DNA of 64,000 nt from an uncultured Holophagales bacterium (GCA_963842525.1 CAWJGT010000003.1:1600001-1664000), one strand, 5' to 3'; shown: positions 19,375 to 34,933, numbered from the stretch's first letter. Notes: a model not told the origin generated them from the letters alone. Made by a program: numbers and translations.

Positions 19375-20220
19375 TTACACCAGCTCCGGGTGCCGGAGGA
19401 GCTTCGAGAGCAGCGTTTGGACGTTGGTGGCCGCGATGCTTGCGGCGTTCAGCACGTCGGTGTGGTCGACCGGCGCATCGCTCATCCCTGCCGCCGGATT
19501 GCTGACCATGGAGAGGCCGAGGCACTCGACGCCCATGGGGCGGGCCGCGGTGACCTCCAGGACGGTGGACATCCCGGTCACGTCGCCGCCTAGGCTCTGG
19601 AGCATCCGCACCTCGGCGGGTGTCTCGTAGCTCGGCCCGGCCAGTCCCATGTACACGCCTTCGGAGAGGGGGATGCCGGATTGGGCCGCGACCCCCTTCA
19701 TCAGCTCGCGCAGGCGGGGACTGTAGGCGGCGGTCATGTCGGGGAAGCGCGGCCCCCACTCGGGCGGGAGCTGGCCGCGCAGCGGGGTGATCCCGATCAG
19801 GTTGATGTGGTCCCGGATCAGCACCAGGTCGCCCGGCCGGTGCTCGGGGCGCAGCCCGCCGGTGGCGTTGGTGAGGATCAGGACCTTGGCGCCCAGCAGG
19901 GCGGCCAGCCGGACCGGAAAGACCGTCTCGTACGCGCTGTACCCCTGGTAGGAGTGGAGCCGCCCGCGGTAGTAGAGGACCGGGCGGCCCGGCACGGGCT
20001 CCAGGACCTCCACCTCGTGCGGGTGCCCCTCGACCGGGTGGCACCCGAAAGGAAGGAAGTAGTCCAGTGCAACGGGTCCGTGGATCCGCTCGCCGAGGTC
20101 CACCGCCAGGCCGGACCCGGAGACGACCACCACCTTGGGACGGGTCCAACCGAGGTGGTCCCAGCGGTCGACGGCCTCCTTGAGGGGGGTGACGAGGTCT
20201 TCGATCTCCAGGGGATTCAT
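19375..20220 (-). CDS. punA: Purine nucleoside phosphorylase I
   Basis: GSGL, GRLHSYQG, LTNATGG, DHIN, GPSYETPAE, GMSTV. Confidence 0.9.
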   Translation of the reverse strand: MNPLEIEDLVTPLKEAVDRWDHLGWTRPKVVVVSGSGLAVDLGERIHGPVALDYFLPFGCHPVEGHPHEVEVLEPVPGRPVLYYRGRLHSYQGYSAYETVFPVRLAALLGAKVLILTNATGGLRPEHRPGDLVLIRDHINLIGITPLRGQLPPEWGPRFPDMTAAYSPRLRELMKGVAAQSGIPLSEGVYMGLAGPSYETPAEVRMLQSLGGDVTGMSTVLEVTAARPMGVECLGLSMVSNPAAGMSDAPVDHTDVLNAASIAATNVQTLLSKLLRHPELV

Positions 20221-20276
20221 GGAGGGGCATCGTATCAGGGACAGGAGGTGAGGTCTTACGCTATCTTTGCGGCGCC

Positions 20277-21770
<1,494 letters not shown>

Positions 21771-21772
21771 GG

Positions 21773-22011
21773 CCTCACCCCCTGTCCCCCTCTCCCATCG
21801 CACTCCCCCCGACCGGGAGAGGGGGGACGTCGTTGTGGCCGTCAGCGCGAGCCCGAGACTGTCACCCTGAGCGCAGCGAAGGATCTGGGGGATGGAAAGC
21901 TCAGGATGACGCGGCCAAGACAGAGTCTCGACCTTGCCTCTGTGGCCTGAGCCACGTCCCCCCTCTCCCGGTGGCAGGGGGGGCGATGGGAGAGGGGGAC
22001 AGGGGGTGAGG
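21773..22011. repeat. Composite REP/MITE-like element: two inverted CCTCACCCC palindromes enclosing a GTCA(C/T)CCTGAGC-type palindrome
   Basis: 29-bp perfect terminal inverted repeat (21773-21801 / 21983-22011); inner stem GTCACCCTGAGC (21861) / GCTCAGGATGAC (to 21910). Confidence 0.9.
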
Positions 22012-23202
22012 TCCTTCCCCGTTCTCCTCGCCCTGCGCTACCTGCGCAGCACCCGGCGGGACGCCTTCGCGAGCTTCCTGTCGGCCGTGGCCGCAGGGGG
22101 TTTGGCGATCGGGGTGGCGGCCCTGATTTTGTCGCTGGCGATGATCTCGGGATTCCAGGAGGCTCTGCGCGGAGAGCTGCTCGGCCGCACGCCGCAGATC
22201 GAGATCGATTTGCCGCCCGGGCTCGCCGAGGAGGAGGCGGTCGCCGCCCGTACGGCGGTGGAGAAGGTCCCAGGAGTGACCTCGGCCCAGGTCCAGGTGC
22301 ACGGCGGCGGCTGGGTGGTGGAGGAGGGCAAGGTCCAGGCGGTCGACCTGGTCGGTTTCGAGGGAACCGTGCCGCAGTCGTTCCCCGGCGCCGCAGGCCG
22401 GCCCGAAGGGCTGTATGTCACGGAATCGCTCGCCACCCGCTGGGGGCTCGCTCCCGGGCAGCCTCTGACGATCGTCTCGCCGCGGCCGACCTTGACGCCG
22501 TTCGGGCCGCAGCCGCGCATCCGGAGCATTCCGGTCGCCGGGACCTACGAAAGCGGGAAGACCCAGGAGGAGCGTGACCGGGTCGCCCTGCCGCGGAAGG
22601 TCGCCGAGACGCTCCTCGGCGGCAACGAGCGCCGGCTGGAGGTGGTGACCCCGGATCTCGACGAGGCCATCGAGGTGGCCGGGCACCTGCCGGGGGTCCT
22701 GCCGCCGGGAAGCACGGTGCGGACCTGGAAGGATCTGAACCGGCCGCTCCTCTTCGCCCTCCGCCTGGAGAAGGCGCTCATGTTCGTGGCCGTTGGATTG
22801 ATCGTCCTGGTGGCCTCGCTCGCCCTGGTGGCCGATCTGGCGCTGATCATCTCCAGCAAGACGCCGGAGATCGGCATCCTGAGCACGATGGGTGCAGCCC
22901 CGGCGGCGCTGCGCCGCGCCTTCCTGCTGCTGGGCGGTCTGGTGGCCGGCTCCGGCATGTTGGTGGGAACCATCCTTGGCGTGGGAGGCGCCTGGATCCT
23001 CGACCGTAAACAGGTGCTGCAGGTGCCGGGAAAAGTCTACTTCCTCGACTATGTCCCATTCCTGGTCAAGCCGGGGGACCTGGCCCTGGTCCTGCTGCTG
23101 ACCCTCTGCCTGGCGCTCGCCTCGTCCCTCTACGCGGCCCGGCGGGCCTCGTCCCTCGACCCTGTGGAGGCCATGCGGCGGGGTTGGGGAGGGGGCTCAT
23201 GA
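22006..23202 (+). CDS. lolE: Lipoprotein-releasing ABC permease (LolC/E family)
   Basis: ALRYLRS, IGVAALILSLAMISGF, WKDLN, EIGILSTMGA, LDPVEAMR. Confidence 0.85.
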   Translation: MRSFPVLLALRYLRSTRRDAFASFLSAVAAGGLAIGVAALILSLAMISGFQEALRGELLGRTPQIEIDLPPGLAEEEAVAARTAVEKVPGVTSAQVQVHGGGWVVEEGKVQAVDLVGFEGTVPQSFPGAAGRPEGLYVTESLATRWGLAPGQPLTIVSPRPTLTPFGPQPRIRSIPVAGTYESGKTQEERDRVALPRKVAETLLGGNERRLEVVTPDLDEAIEVAGHLPGVLPPGSTVRTWKDLNRPLLFALRLEKALMFVAVGLIVLVASLALVADLALIISSKTPEIGILSTMGAAPAALRRAFLLLGGLVAGSGMLVGTILGVGGAWILDRKQVLQVPGKVYFLDYVPFLVKPGDLALVLLLTLCLALASSLYAARRASSLDPVEAMRRGWGGGS

Positions 23203-23891
23203 GCGTCGCCGTCCGCGCCGTCGGCCTGACCAAGACCTACCGGGACGGCCTCCGGCGGGTCGAGGTGCTCAAGGGGATCGACCTGACGGTCGAGCCGGGG
23301 GAGATGGTGGCGATCGTCGGGCCGTCGGGCTCGGGCAAATCGACGGTGCTCCACCTGCTCGGAGCCCTCGACCGGCCGGACGAGGGGACGGTGGAGATCG
23401 GGGACACGCGCCTCTCCGGCCTGTCGGGAGCCGCCCTGGCCGCCTTCCGCAACCGCACCATCGGCTTCGTCTTTCAGTTCCATCAGCTCCTGCCGGATTT
23501 CACTGCTCTGGAGAACGTGATGATGCCCGGGCGGATCGCCGGCCTTCACCCTTCAGCGGTTCACGACCACGCGCACCGGCTCCTGGAGGAGGTGGGGCTG
23601 AAGGAGCGCCTCGACCATTTCCCGAACCAGCTCTCGGGAGGCGAACGCCAGCGCGTCGCCCTCTGCCGCGCCCTCGCCATGGAGCCGCCGCTTCTCCTCG
23701 CCGACGAGCCCACGGGCAACCTCGACCCGGCGAGCGGCGAGCAGGTCTTCCGTCTCCTCCTGGAGCTCCAGGCCCACCACCGCACGACCGGCATCCTCGT
23801 CACCCACAACCCCGCGATCGCCGAGCGCTGCACCCGCATCCTCCGCCTGGAGGACGGAGTGTTGCACGGGTACGAGAAGACGGACACGTAG
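23199..23891 (+). CDS. lolD: Lipoprotein-releasing ABC ATPase
   Basis: GPSGSGKST, IGFVFQFHQLL, LSGGERQR, ADEPTGNLD. Confidence 0.9.
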   Translation: MSVAVRAVGLTKTYRDGLRRVEVLKGIDLTVEPGEMVAIVGPSGSGKSTVLHLLGALDRPDEGTVEIGDTRLSGLSGAALAAFRNRTIGFVFQFHQLLPDFTALENVMMPGRIAGLHPSAVHDHAHRLLEEVGLKERLDHFPNQLSGGERQRVALCRALAMEPPLLLADEPTGNLDPASGEQVFRLLLELQAHHRTTGILVTHNPAIAERCTRILRLEDGVLHGYEKTDT

Positions 23892-24126
23892 GCCGCAGCG
23901 ACCCCGGGAATTTTGCTCCCCTCCGTGCCGCTTCAACCTGGATAGGCAAAGGGTCGTAACGGGCTCGCGGGCGGCGGTGTCCCGGCGCGGCCCAAGGCGG
24001 AGACGCGTATGTTAGAATCCGGAAGCCGGAAAGCTTCTGCGTCAGTAGGTTACAAAGGCCGGATTGTTCCGGTCTGGACGCGTCGGGAGCTCCGCCTGTC
24101 GAGAGGCCGATTGAGAGGTCGATGGA

Positions 24127-26556
<2,430 letters not shown>

Positions 26557-26622
26557 CCGTCCGGAGCGGCAGCTCCTTTTCCCCGGCGGGCCTGCGGGTC
26601 CGCCGGGAGCGAGGACCAATGC

Positions 26623-29143
26623 ATGACGCCTGATTTCATGGTGAGTCGCCGAGAGCCTCGCCTGCCGGGGAGCCCACGCACCCGGCCGGTGCTCCTGCGC
26701 CGTGTCCTGGCGCTCTCCCTCCTCCCCTTCCTGATCTCCGGAGGCGTCCCTGTGCCCCGGGCGTCCGCTCAGCCCATGGCCCCCCCGGTGGCCCAGGCAC
26801 CGTCGGCGGACGGGCAGGCGATCCAGGCGATCGAGATGCGAGGGGTCCAGGCCCTGTCCGAGGAGACGCTGCTCTTCTATCTCGGGCTCCAGGCGGGACA
26901 GACGCTCGACGAAGCACAGCTCAACAAGAAGATCAAGGAGCTGTGGGACCGCGGCCTCGTCGACGACCTCAAGGTCGAAACCGAGCCCGCCCAGGGCGGC
27001 GTCAAGCTGATCATCACGGTCAAGGAGCGGCCGACCCTGCGCTCGGTCGACTACCAGGGCCTGAAGCGGATCTCCAAGACCGACATCCAGGACAAGCTGT
27101 CCACCCAGCGCATCCGGCTGCGCGAAGGCGAGCCGATGAGCCTGGGCGAGCTGGAGCGGGTCAACGCCCTCATCGAGGAGATGTACGCCGAGAAGGGCTA
27201 CCGCTTCGCCGAGGCCCGCTATGCGGTCGAGGACATCGGCCCCAACGAAAAGAGGGTGACCTTCACCGTCGACGAGGGCGGCCGGGTGCGCATCGCCGAG
27301 ATCGAGTTCGAGGGCAACACGGTCTACAGCGACATCCACCTCCAGTACCTGATGCGCAATACCCGCCAGAGCGGCCCCATCACCCGGATCCTCAAGAAGG
27401 ACATCTACGATCCGGCCAAGCTCCAGGAGGACCTGGACCGCATCCGCAAGCTCTACCGCGGCTCCGGCTTCAAGAACGTGGTCATCGGCGATCCCCAGCT
27501 CGACGTGCGGGCGACCAACCCGAACGCCAAGCCGGAAGACCAGAAGCGCCGCATGTTCCTCACCGTCCCCATCGAGGAGGGCGAGCGCTGGAAGTTCGGC
27601 GAGGTGACGATCGAGGGCAACGAGATCTACACCGACCAGGCGTTGCTGCGCGCCTTCAAGCACCGCCCGAGCTGCCTGGCTGCGCCAGAAGGCGGTCGAC
27701 GACGGCGTCAAGTCGATCACCGACCTCTACCACAACACGGGCTACATCTTCGCCCGCATCGAGCCGGAGCTGGTCGAGAAGCCCGGCCAGGTCGCCGACC
27801 TGGTGATCCACATCAACGAGAGCGACCAGTACCGGGTGGGGCGGATCGAGTTCCAGGGCAACGAGCGCACCATGGACAAGGTGCTGCGGCGCGAGCTGCG
27901 GCTCTGGGAGGGCGGCCTCGTCAACATCGGCGCGGTCCGCAACAGCGTCCTCAAGGTCAACCAGCTCGGCTACTTCAAGCTGGACGAGGAAGATCCGGTC
28001 CAGATCGACACCGACACCGAGAAGAAGGAGGTCAGCCTCGTCTTCAAGGGAGAAGAGGCCGACCGCACCGAGCTGCAGTTCGGCGGCGGCTGGAGCGAGC
28101 TCGACGGCTTCTTCGGCCAGTTCGCGATCAACACCAAGAACTTCCTCGGCCGCGGTGAGCAGGTGGGCGTGTCGTTCCAGAGCGGCCGATTCCGCGACTT
28201 CTTCGACCTGTCGTATTTCATCCCGTGGTTCCTCGACCGGCCGCAGACCATCGGCTTGCGCGTCTACAATCAGGACACCAACTTCGGGCTGTTCGACGAC
28301 CAGCAGCGCTATCTGCGCAACAGCCAGGGCGCCGTCCTGACCTACGGCCGGAACTTCCGGCTCTTCCAGTCGGCGAGCATGAGCTACAACCGGTCCAAGT
28401 ACGAGGACGAGTACCGCTTCGTGGTGCCGGCGCCGCTGCCGGGCGATCCGCCGCCGGGACCCAACGACCCCGTCCCGGGCACCACGCAGATCACGAACAT
28501 CACCCTGGACAACTCGTCGCTGCGGCCGGTGTACATGTACGACAGCCGGGACAACCCGTTCGAGACGACCCGCGGCCAGCGCTTGAGCCTGGCGACGGAG
28601 TACGCCGGCGGCTTTCTGGGTGGCGACACCTACTTCATCCGGCCGGAGATCACGTACAGCCTGTTCAAGCCGACGGCGAGCTATCCGGTGCGCCAGGTGT
28701 TCGCGATCAACGTCGAGGGCGGCATGATCGATGCGTTCGGGGGCAAGAAGCTGCAGCCGTACGAGCGGTTCTTCCTCGGCGGCGAAAACACCATCCGCGG
28801 CCACCGCTACAAGTCGATCTACCTGCGCAATGCCAACGGTGAGCCGCTGAAGGACGAGCAGGGGTTCATCCTCGGCGGCGAGCAATACGTCCAGCTCAAC
28901 CTGGAGTACCATTTCCTGCTCGGCGGCCCCTTCCGCGTGCTCGCGTTCGTCGACGGCGGCAACGTCTACGGCGGGGGACAGTCCTTCGATTTGTCGCGCC
29001 TGCGCTATACCGCGGGCGCCGAGCTGCGCGTGCTGATCCCCATGTTCGGAGCGCCGCTGCGCTTCATCTACGCCACGAACCTGGACCCGCAGCCGCAAGA
29101 CAGCTTCGAGAGCTTCCAGTTCAGTATTGGATCGAGCTTCTAA
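26623..29143 (+). CDS. bamA: Outer membrane protein assembly factor (frameshift ~27672)
   Basis: POTRA repeats, NFLGRG, FFLGGENTIRG, terminal FQFSIGSSF. Confidence 0.92.
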
Positions 29144-29161
29144 AACCAAGGAGAGAGAGCT

Positions 29162-29737
29162 ATGCCGTTCATCCGTCCGCTGACACGCACCACGCTCGGG
29201 CTCGCTGTGGCCCTGGCGGTTGCGGCCCCGTTCGCCGCGACCGCCCAGGCGCCGGCGAGTGGCCTGAAGATCGCGGTGATCGATACCGAAAAGATCCTCA
29301 CCACCTCCCAGATGGGCAAGAAAGTCCTCGCCGACCTCAAGAAGCTCCAGGAGCAGAAGGAGGGCGAGGTCCGCGCCAAGCAGCAGGAGATCAAGGACAT
29401 GCAGGCCAAGCTCAACGACGGCCGCCTGTCCCTGGCCCAGGACAAGCTCACCGACATGGAGAAGCAGCTCGAGGACAAGGTCATCGCCCTGCGCCGTCTC
29501 CAGGACGATGCCGCCCGCGACTTGAACAAGAAGCGCGACGAGGTGCTCGCCCAGGTCGATCAGAAGGTGATGCCGGTGATCAACCAGGCCGGCAAGGAGC
29601 TTGGCTACACCCTGATCTTCCGCAAATTCGAGAGCGGCCTCATCTACGCCGACGAGGCGATCGACATCACGACCTCGATCATCCAGCGGCTGGATGGGGC
29701 TGCCGGCGCCGCGGCGCCGGGCAAGGGCGGCCAGTAA
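29162..29737 (+). CDS. skp: OmpH/Skp periplasmic chaperone
   Basis: Signal peptide, KIAVID, coiled coil, YADEAIDIT; position after bamA. Confidence 0.9.
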   Translation: MPFIRPLTRTTLGLAVALAVAAPFAATAQAPASGLKIAVIDTEKILTTSQMGKKVLADLKKLQEQKEGEVRAKQQEIKDMQAKLNDGRLSLAQDKLTDMEKQLEDKVIALRRLQDDAARDLNKKRDEVLAQVDQKVMPVINQAGKELGYTLIFRKFESGLIYADEAIDITTSIIQRLDGAAGAAAPGKGGQ

Positions 29738-29741
29738 GCAC

Positions 29742-30794
29742 GTGGCCCACCGGCTGGCGGAGCTCGCCGAGCTGGTCGGAGGCCGGATCGAAGGTGACCC
29801 GGAACGGGCCGTCGAGACGATCCGGCCGCTCGACACCGCCGGCCCACGCGACCTCTCCTTCCTGACCCACGTCCGCTATCGCGCCCAGGCGCTGGCGAGC
29901 CAGGCCGGGGCCCTGCTCGTGGGCCCCGAGCCGCCGCCCGAGCTGCGGGGGCCGCGACCTGCTGGTCGTCGATGACCCCGGCTATGCCCTCGCCCGGTTG
30001 CTGCGCCTCCTCGATCCGGGCTCCACGCCGGAGCCGGGGGTCCACCCGACGGCGATCGTGGAGCCGGGCTGCGCCGTGGACCCCACGGCCCACGTCGGCC
30101 CCTATGCCGTGATCGGCGCCGGGAGCCGCATCGGCGCGCGGGCGGCGCGTGCACCCGCACGTGGTCCTCGGAGCACGTTGCGCGGTGGGGGAGGGGGCCG
30201 TGCTCCACCCGCACGCCGTGCTCTACGACGGCACCGAGATCGGCCCCAACACGGTCGTCCACGCCGGCGCCGTGCTGGGCAGCCGACGGCTTCGGCTACG
30301 CCACCCACGGCGGCGTGCACCACAAGGTGCCGCAGATCGGCCGCGTGGTGGTGGAGGAGGACGTCGAGATCGGCGCCAACACCACCCTCGACCGTGCCAC
30401 CCTGGGGGAGACCCGGATCGGCGCGGGCACCAAGATCGACAACCTCGTCCAGGTCGGTCACAACGTCCGGGTCGGCCGGCACTGTATCCTGTGCGGGCAG
30501 GCGGGCATCGCCGGCAGCACGCGCCTGGGCGACTATGTCGTCCTCGCCGGGCAGGCCGGCGTTTCGGGACACATCGAGCTGGGCGACGGCGCCCAGGTCG
30601 CGGCCAAATCGGCGGCCCTGACCTCGGTCGAGCCGGGCACCCAGGTGGCGGGCATCCCCGCGATCGAGCTCCGCAAATGGCGCCGCCAGGCCGTCCTGCT
30701 GGCGCGCCTGGAGGAGATGAGCCGCCGCCTGCGCGCGCTCGAAAAAGAGGCGCAGGGCCGGACGGAGCCGGGAGACCGAGGAGGGACGACGTGA
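29742..30794 (+). CDS. lpxD: UDP-3-O-acylglucosamine N-acyltransferase (frameshifts ~29950, ~30145, ~30280)
   Basis: [10 protein letters not shown], hexapeptide repeats, [26 protein letters not shown]. Confidence 0.9.
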
Positions 30795-31278
30795 CCGAGA
30801 TCACCGAGACAATCGAGACGACCGAGACGAAACCGAGTGGGCCGCCGTGGGACATCGAATGGATCCTGTCCGTGATCCCGCACCGCTATCCGATCCTGCT
30901 CGTCGACCGCGTGCTGGAGATGGAGCCGAAGAAGCGGATCGTGGCGATCAAGAACGTCACCATCAACGAGCAGGTCTTCCTCGGCCACTTCCCCGGCCGG
31001 CCCGTGTTGCCGGGGGTCTACCTGATCGAAGGCATGGCCCAGGCCGGCGGCCTGCTCCTCCTGCACGACCTGCCGCAACGGGAGGCAAGCTCCTCTACTT
31101 CGCCGGGATCGAGCAGGCCAAGTTCCGCCGGCCCGTGGTCCCGGGAGACCAGGTCCGCTACGAGATCGAGGTGCTCCGGCTCCGCTCGACCTTCTGCAAA
31201 GTCGCGGGCAGGGCGCTGGTGGACGGCGAGCTGGCCGCCGAGGCCGTGCTCTCCACGGCCATGGTGGACCGCGGATGA
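30791..31278 (+). CDS. fabZ: 3-hydroxyacyl-ACP dehydratase (frameshift ~31083)
   Basis: [35 protein letters not shown]. Confidence 0.92.
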
Positions 31279-32109
31279 GCGCGAGGGTCCATCCGTTGGC
31301 GGTGGTCGATCCCGGCGCCGTCCTGGCCGATGGCGTCGAGGTCGGCCCCTTCGCCGTGATCGGACCCGAGGTGGAGATCGGCGACGGCACCGAGGTGGGC
31401 GCCGGGGCCAAGGTCCTGGGCCCGGCGAAGATCGGCCGCGAGAACCGGATCTTCCCCAATGCGACGATCGGCTTCGAGCCGCAGGACCTCAAGTTCCGCG
31501 GCGAACGGGTCTGGCCTGGAGATCGGCGACAACAACCAGTTCCGGGAGTTCTGCACGATCCACCGCGGCACCTCCAAAGGGGGCGGCGTCACCCGGATCG
31601 GCAGCGACAACCTCTTCATGGCCTATACCCACGTGGCGCACGACTGCCAGGTGGGGAGCCGGACCATCTTCGCCAACAACGCGACCCTGGCCGGCCATGT
31701 CGAGGTGCACGACGACGCCAGCATCAGCGCCTTCACCTCCATCCACCAGTTCTGCCGGGTGGGGAGGCACGCCTATGTCGGCGGCTACAGCGTGGTGGTC
31801 ATGGACGCCCTGCCCTTCGTCAAGACGGTCGGCCTGAAACCTGCCTTCTACGGCCTCAACTCGATCGGCCTCAAGCGTAAGGGAGTCGATCCCGAGACCA
31901 TCCGCCGCCTCGACCGCGCCTTGCGCATCCTGGTCCGCTCGGGGCTGAACACCTCGCAGGCCCTGGCGCGCATCCGCGAAGAGCTGGCCGGCGACCCCGA
32001 AGTGGACTACCTGGTCGCCTTCGTCGAGAGTGCCAAGCGCGGCGTCCACAAGTCCATGCCGCGGGGAGGCAGGGCCAGCGGCAGCGAGGAGGGCGAAAGC
32101 CCTGACTAG
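31275..32109 (+). CDS. lpxA: Acyl-ACP--UDP-GlcNAc acyltransferase (frameshift ~31510)
   Basis: [44 protein letters not shown]. Confidence 0.93.
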
Positions 32110-33028
32110 CACCCCTCTGCGCGTCGGAGTCGTCGGGGTCGGGGCGATGGGGAGGAACCACGTCCGCATCCTGGCCTCGCTGCCCGGTGCCGAGCTGGTC
32201 GGCGTCTACGATGCCCGGCCCGAGATCGCCGAGGCGCTGGCCCAGGAGCACGGCACGCGCGCCTTCGCCCGGCTCGACGACCTGGCCGGAGAGGTCGAAG
32301 CCGCGGTCGTGGCCGCCCCCACCGTGGCCCATCCCGAGATCGGCTGCGGCCTGCTCGGGAAAGGCCTCCACGTCCTGGTGGAGAAGCCGATCGCGGCGTC
32401 GCTCGCCGAGGCCGACCGGCTGATCGAAGCCGCCGACGGCCGTGTTCTGGCCGTGGGGCATGTCGAGTTCTTCAACCCGGCCGTCCAGGCCCTTGTGGGG
32501 CTCGGGGTGCCGCCCCGTTTCGTCGAGGTGCAGCGCCTGGCGGTCTTCACGCCGCGCAGCCTGGACGTGGACGTCGTGCTCGACCTGATGATCCACGACC
32601 TCCAGATCCTGCACGCCCTCGATCCGAGCCCGGTCGCCGAGGTGCGCGCCACGGGCATCGCGGTCCTCTCGCCGCGCATCGACATCGCCAATGCCCGTGT
32701 CGAGCTGGCCTCGGGCTGCGTGGCGAACCTGACCGCCTCGCGCGATCTCCTCCGAGCGCGTCCGCAAGCTCCGGGCCTTCCTGTCGAGCCGCTACTACTC
32801 GCTCGATTACCATGCCCAGGAGATCCACGGCTACCGCCTGGAGGAGGGAGACACGGGCGCGGCGCATCCTGCCCGACAACCTCGCCGTGGACAAGGCCGA
32901 GCCCCTGCGCCGCGAGCTCGAAGCCTTCCTCGCCGCCTGCCGGGGCGAGGACGTCCGTCTGGTAGACGGCAGCGGCGGGCCGGCAGGCCCTGGAGACGGC
33001 GCTGGCAGTAGTCCAGGCGATCGGCTGA
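32102..33028 (+). CDS. Gfo/Idh/MocA oxidoreductase, GnnA-like (several frameshifts)
   Basis: GVGAMGRNH, LVEKPI, VGHVE.FNPA, DVVLDLMIHD, ANLTASR; directly after lpxA. Confidence 0.8.
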
Positions 33029-33130
33029 CGGCCTGGAAGCCTTCCAGAACTGTCCGGAAGGCCTGGAGAACCGTCCGGAAGCCCTCAAAATCCGCCCCGA
33101 GCCTTTCGAGATTCCCTCAAACGCTTCGCT
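33025..33130. repeat. Short degenerate 21-bp tandem repeat
   Basis: AGAACTGTCCGGAAGGCCTGG (33046) / AGAACCGTCCGGAAGCCCTCA (33067), with decaying neighbours. Confidence 0.55.
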
Positions 33131-33307
33131 GTCACTCCGAAAGACCGGGAAAAGTTGCCGAGGCCCGTCAACCAGGCTCCCTCAAGGTCCTTGATCTCGA
33201 TCTGACTCTCGGCACAGTAGAACCACTGCTGTCGAGTCTCATGCCGGGCGACTCTACGACTCGGCATCCTCCGAGACGTGCTTTTTTCACGGCAGGGGGG
33301 AGGAGGG

Positions 33308-34933
33308 TCAGAACTGGTCCACCCCCGGCCAACTGGCTCCACTGTTGACGATGCGCCACATCATGGCGTCGAGATTGATATCATCGGCCCCGTTCGGATT
33401 TGTTCCGTTCACGATCGCAGCCCAGACGTAGCCGCCGTTTGTGCGGACGAAGTTCGATTTTGTGCCAGGCAGGTATCCCTCGTGCCACCAGTTGGGAACC
33501 GAGTTGACTGACCACCCAAGCGCATAGCTCGACAGTGCCGATTTCGTCGTCATGATCTGGATCGTCGCCGGCGCAAGGATGTCGGGCCGGGTAGCGAAAC
33601 CGTCGACGCGGGTGCCGAAGCGGACGAGCGCCGCGGGAGGCGCGATCCAGCCGCCGTGAGCAGCCATGCGCCGGACGTTCATCGAATAGGCGCTCGCGGG
33701 AGGGTAGTATTTCACCTCGCTGGTCTTCCGCTCCGCCAGGGTGTTGCCCGCGATCTCCATGTCGGTGACGCCGCTGGGAACGAGCACGTTGTCCTTGACG
33801 AACTGTTCGTAGCTCATGCCGGACACCTTCTCGACGATACGCCCGAGCAAGGCATACCCGAAGTTCGAATAGCGATAGGAGGTTCCCGGGTCAGCCAGGA
33901 GCGCATAGGTCGGGCTGGTGAGCGTCCAGTTGATGAGGCTGTCGAGGTCGCGGGCCGGCTCCTTGAACATGGGATCGTTGCCGTTGTTGGTCCATGCCTC
34001 CCCGCCGGCTGTGTGCTGAAGCAAGTGGCGGACCGTGACCGCCTTGAGGCGGTCGCTGTACGGCTGGGTTCCGAAGGTTGTGCCCAGGAGGGCCCCCTCG
34101 CCGAACACCTTGTCGTCGAGGCTCAGCTTCCCTTGTTCCATCAGGCGCAGGATCGCCACCGAAGTGATCGGTTTGGAGACGCTCGCGATGCGAAGCCGGT
34201 GTTTGGGCGTCAGCAGCTCCGGCTGATCACCGGCCGTCTGCGGGTCCTTGTCCTTGTCCGCGACGCCATAGGCTTTTGCGAACACCATCACCCCATCCTT
34301 CGCGATGGCGATCGAGATGCCTGGAGGTCCGATCGCCACATCGTTCCCATTTGCATCCTTTTTCGTTTTGTTGAGCTCCGCCTTGACGATGTCGTCGATC
34401 TTCGGCCGCTCCCAGCCGAGCCCCGGGCACGTCTCCCACGCGATCGCCTGGTTGGGGTCGGCCGTCTCCCAGGAGCAGGTCAGCGTATAGGTGCCGTTGT
34501 TGAACTTCTCCGGAAACCACAGCACGGCGTTCGTGTAGCCGAAGTCCGGACGGCGGACGTGGACGCCCTGGCCCCCATAGTTGGCGATCGCGGAGGTGTC
34601 CTTCCCGTTTACCACCTGCTGAGAGCACGTGACCGGAGCCGTGGACGCCGGCATCAGCCCGGGAGGCAGCTCGTGGCGGACATAACCATACGTGGGACTT
34701 GACACCGGAATCGTGCCGGTCAGGGTCACCGTCGCACTGCCGCCTGAGCCATGGACCTTCTTGATCTTGAGGCTGGCAGGCTTGCCGCCCACCTGCGACC
34801 GATGGCAGGTGCCATTCCACGACAGAATCGTCGCATCTTCCTGCGCCGAGGCTGCGGACGCGGCGAGGATTGCAAGAGACAGGACAACCAGGGCAGCGCC
34901 GCGCGCTCTTTTCTGCATTGCCGAATCCTCCAT
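33308..34933 (-). CDS. Secreted serine hydrolase, beta-lactamase class C-like family, with extra N-terminal domain
   Basis: Signal peptide, RIASVSK (SxxK), LLQHTAG, YSNFGY (YxN), HEG. Confidence 0.88.
   Translation of the reverse strand: MEDSAMQKRARGAALVVLSLAILAASAASAQEDATILSWNGTCHRSQVGGKPASLKIKKVHGSGGSATVTLTGTIPVSSPTYGYVRHELPPGLMPASTAPVTCSQQVVNGKDTSAIANYGGQGVHVRRPDFGYTNAVLWFPEKFNNGTYTLTCSWETADPNQAIAWETCPGLGWERPKIDDIVKAELNKTKKDANGNDVAIGPPGISIAIAKDGVMVFAKAYGVADKDKDPQTAGDQPELLTPKHRLRIASVSKPITSVAILRLMEQGKLSLDDKVFGEGALLGTTFGTQPYSDRLKAVTVRHLLQHTAGGEAWTNNGNDPMFKEPARDLDSLINWTLTSPTYALLADPGTSYRYSNFGYALLGRIVEKVSGMSYEQFVKDNVLVPSGVTDMEIAGNTLAERKTSEVKYYPPASAYSMNVRRMAAHGGWIAPPAALVRFGTRVDGFATRPDILAPATIQIMTTKSALSSYALGWSVNSVPNWWHEGYLPGTKSNFVRTNGGYVWAAIVNGTNPNGADDINLDAMMWRIVNSGASWPGVDQF

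Noticed and set aside
26623-33028. Frameshifts in bamA, lpxD, fabZ, lpxA and the oxidoreductase (also kinase, HAD, TIR-STAND, NTase, A2M) as pseudogenes or programmed frameshifts
   Set aside because: They hit essential genes, are scattered single-base indels in GC-rich runs without slippery motifs, and the A2M duplicate shows the intact frame at one such site; most likely sequencing error
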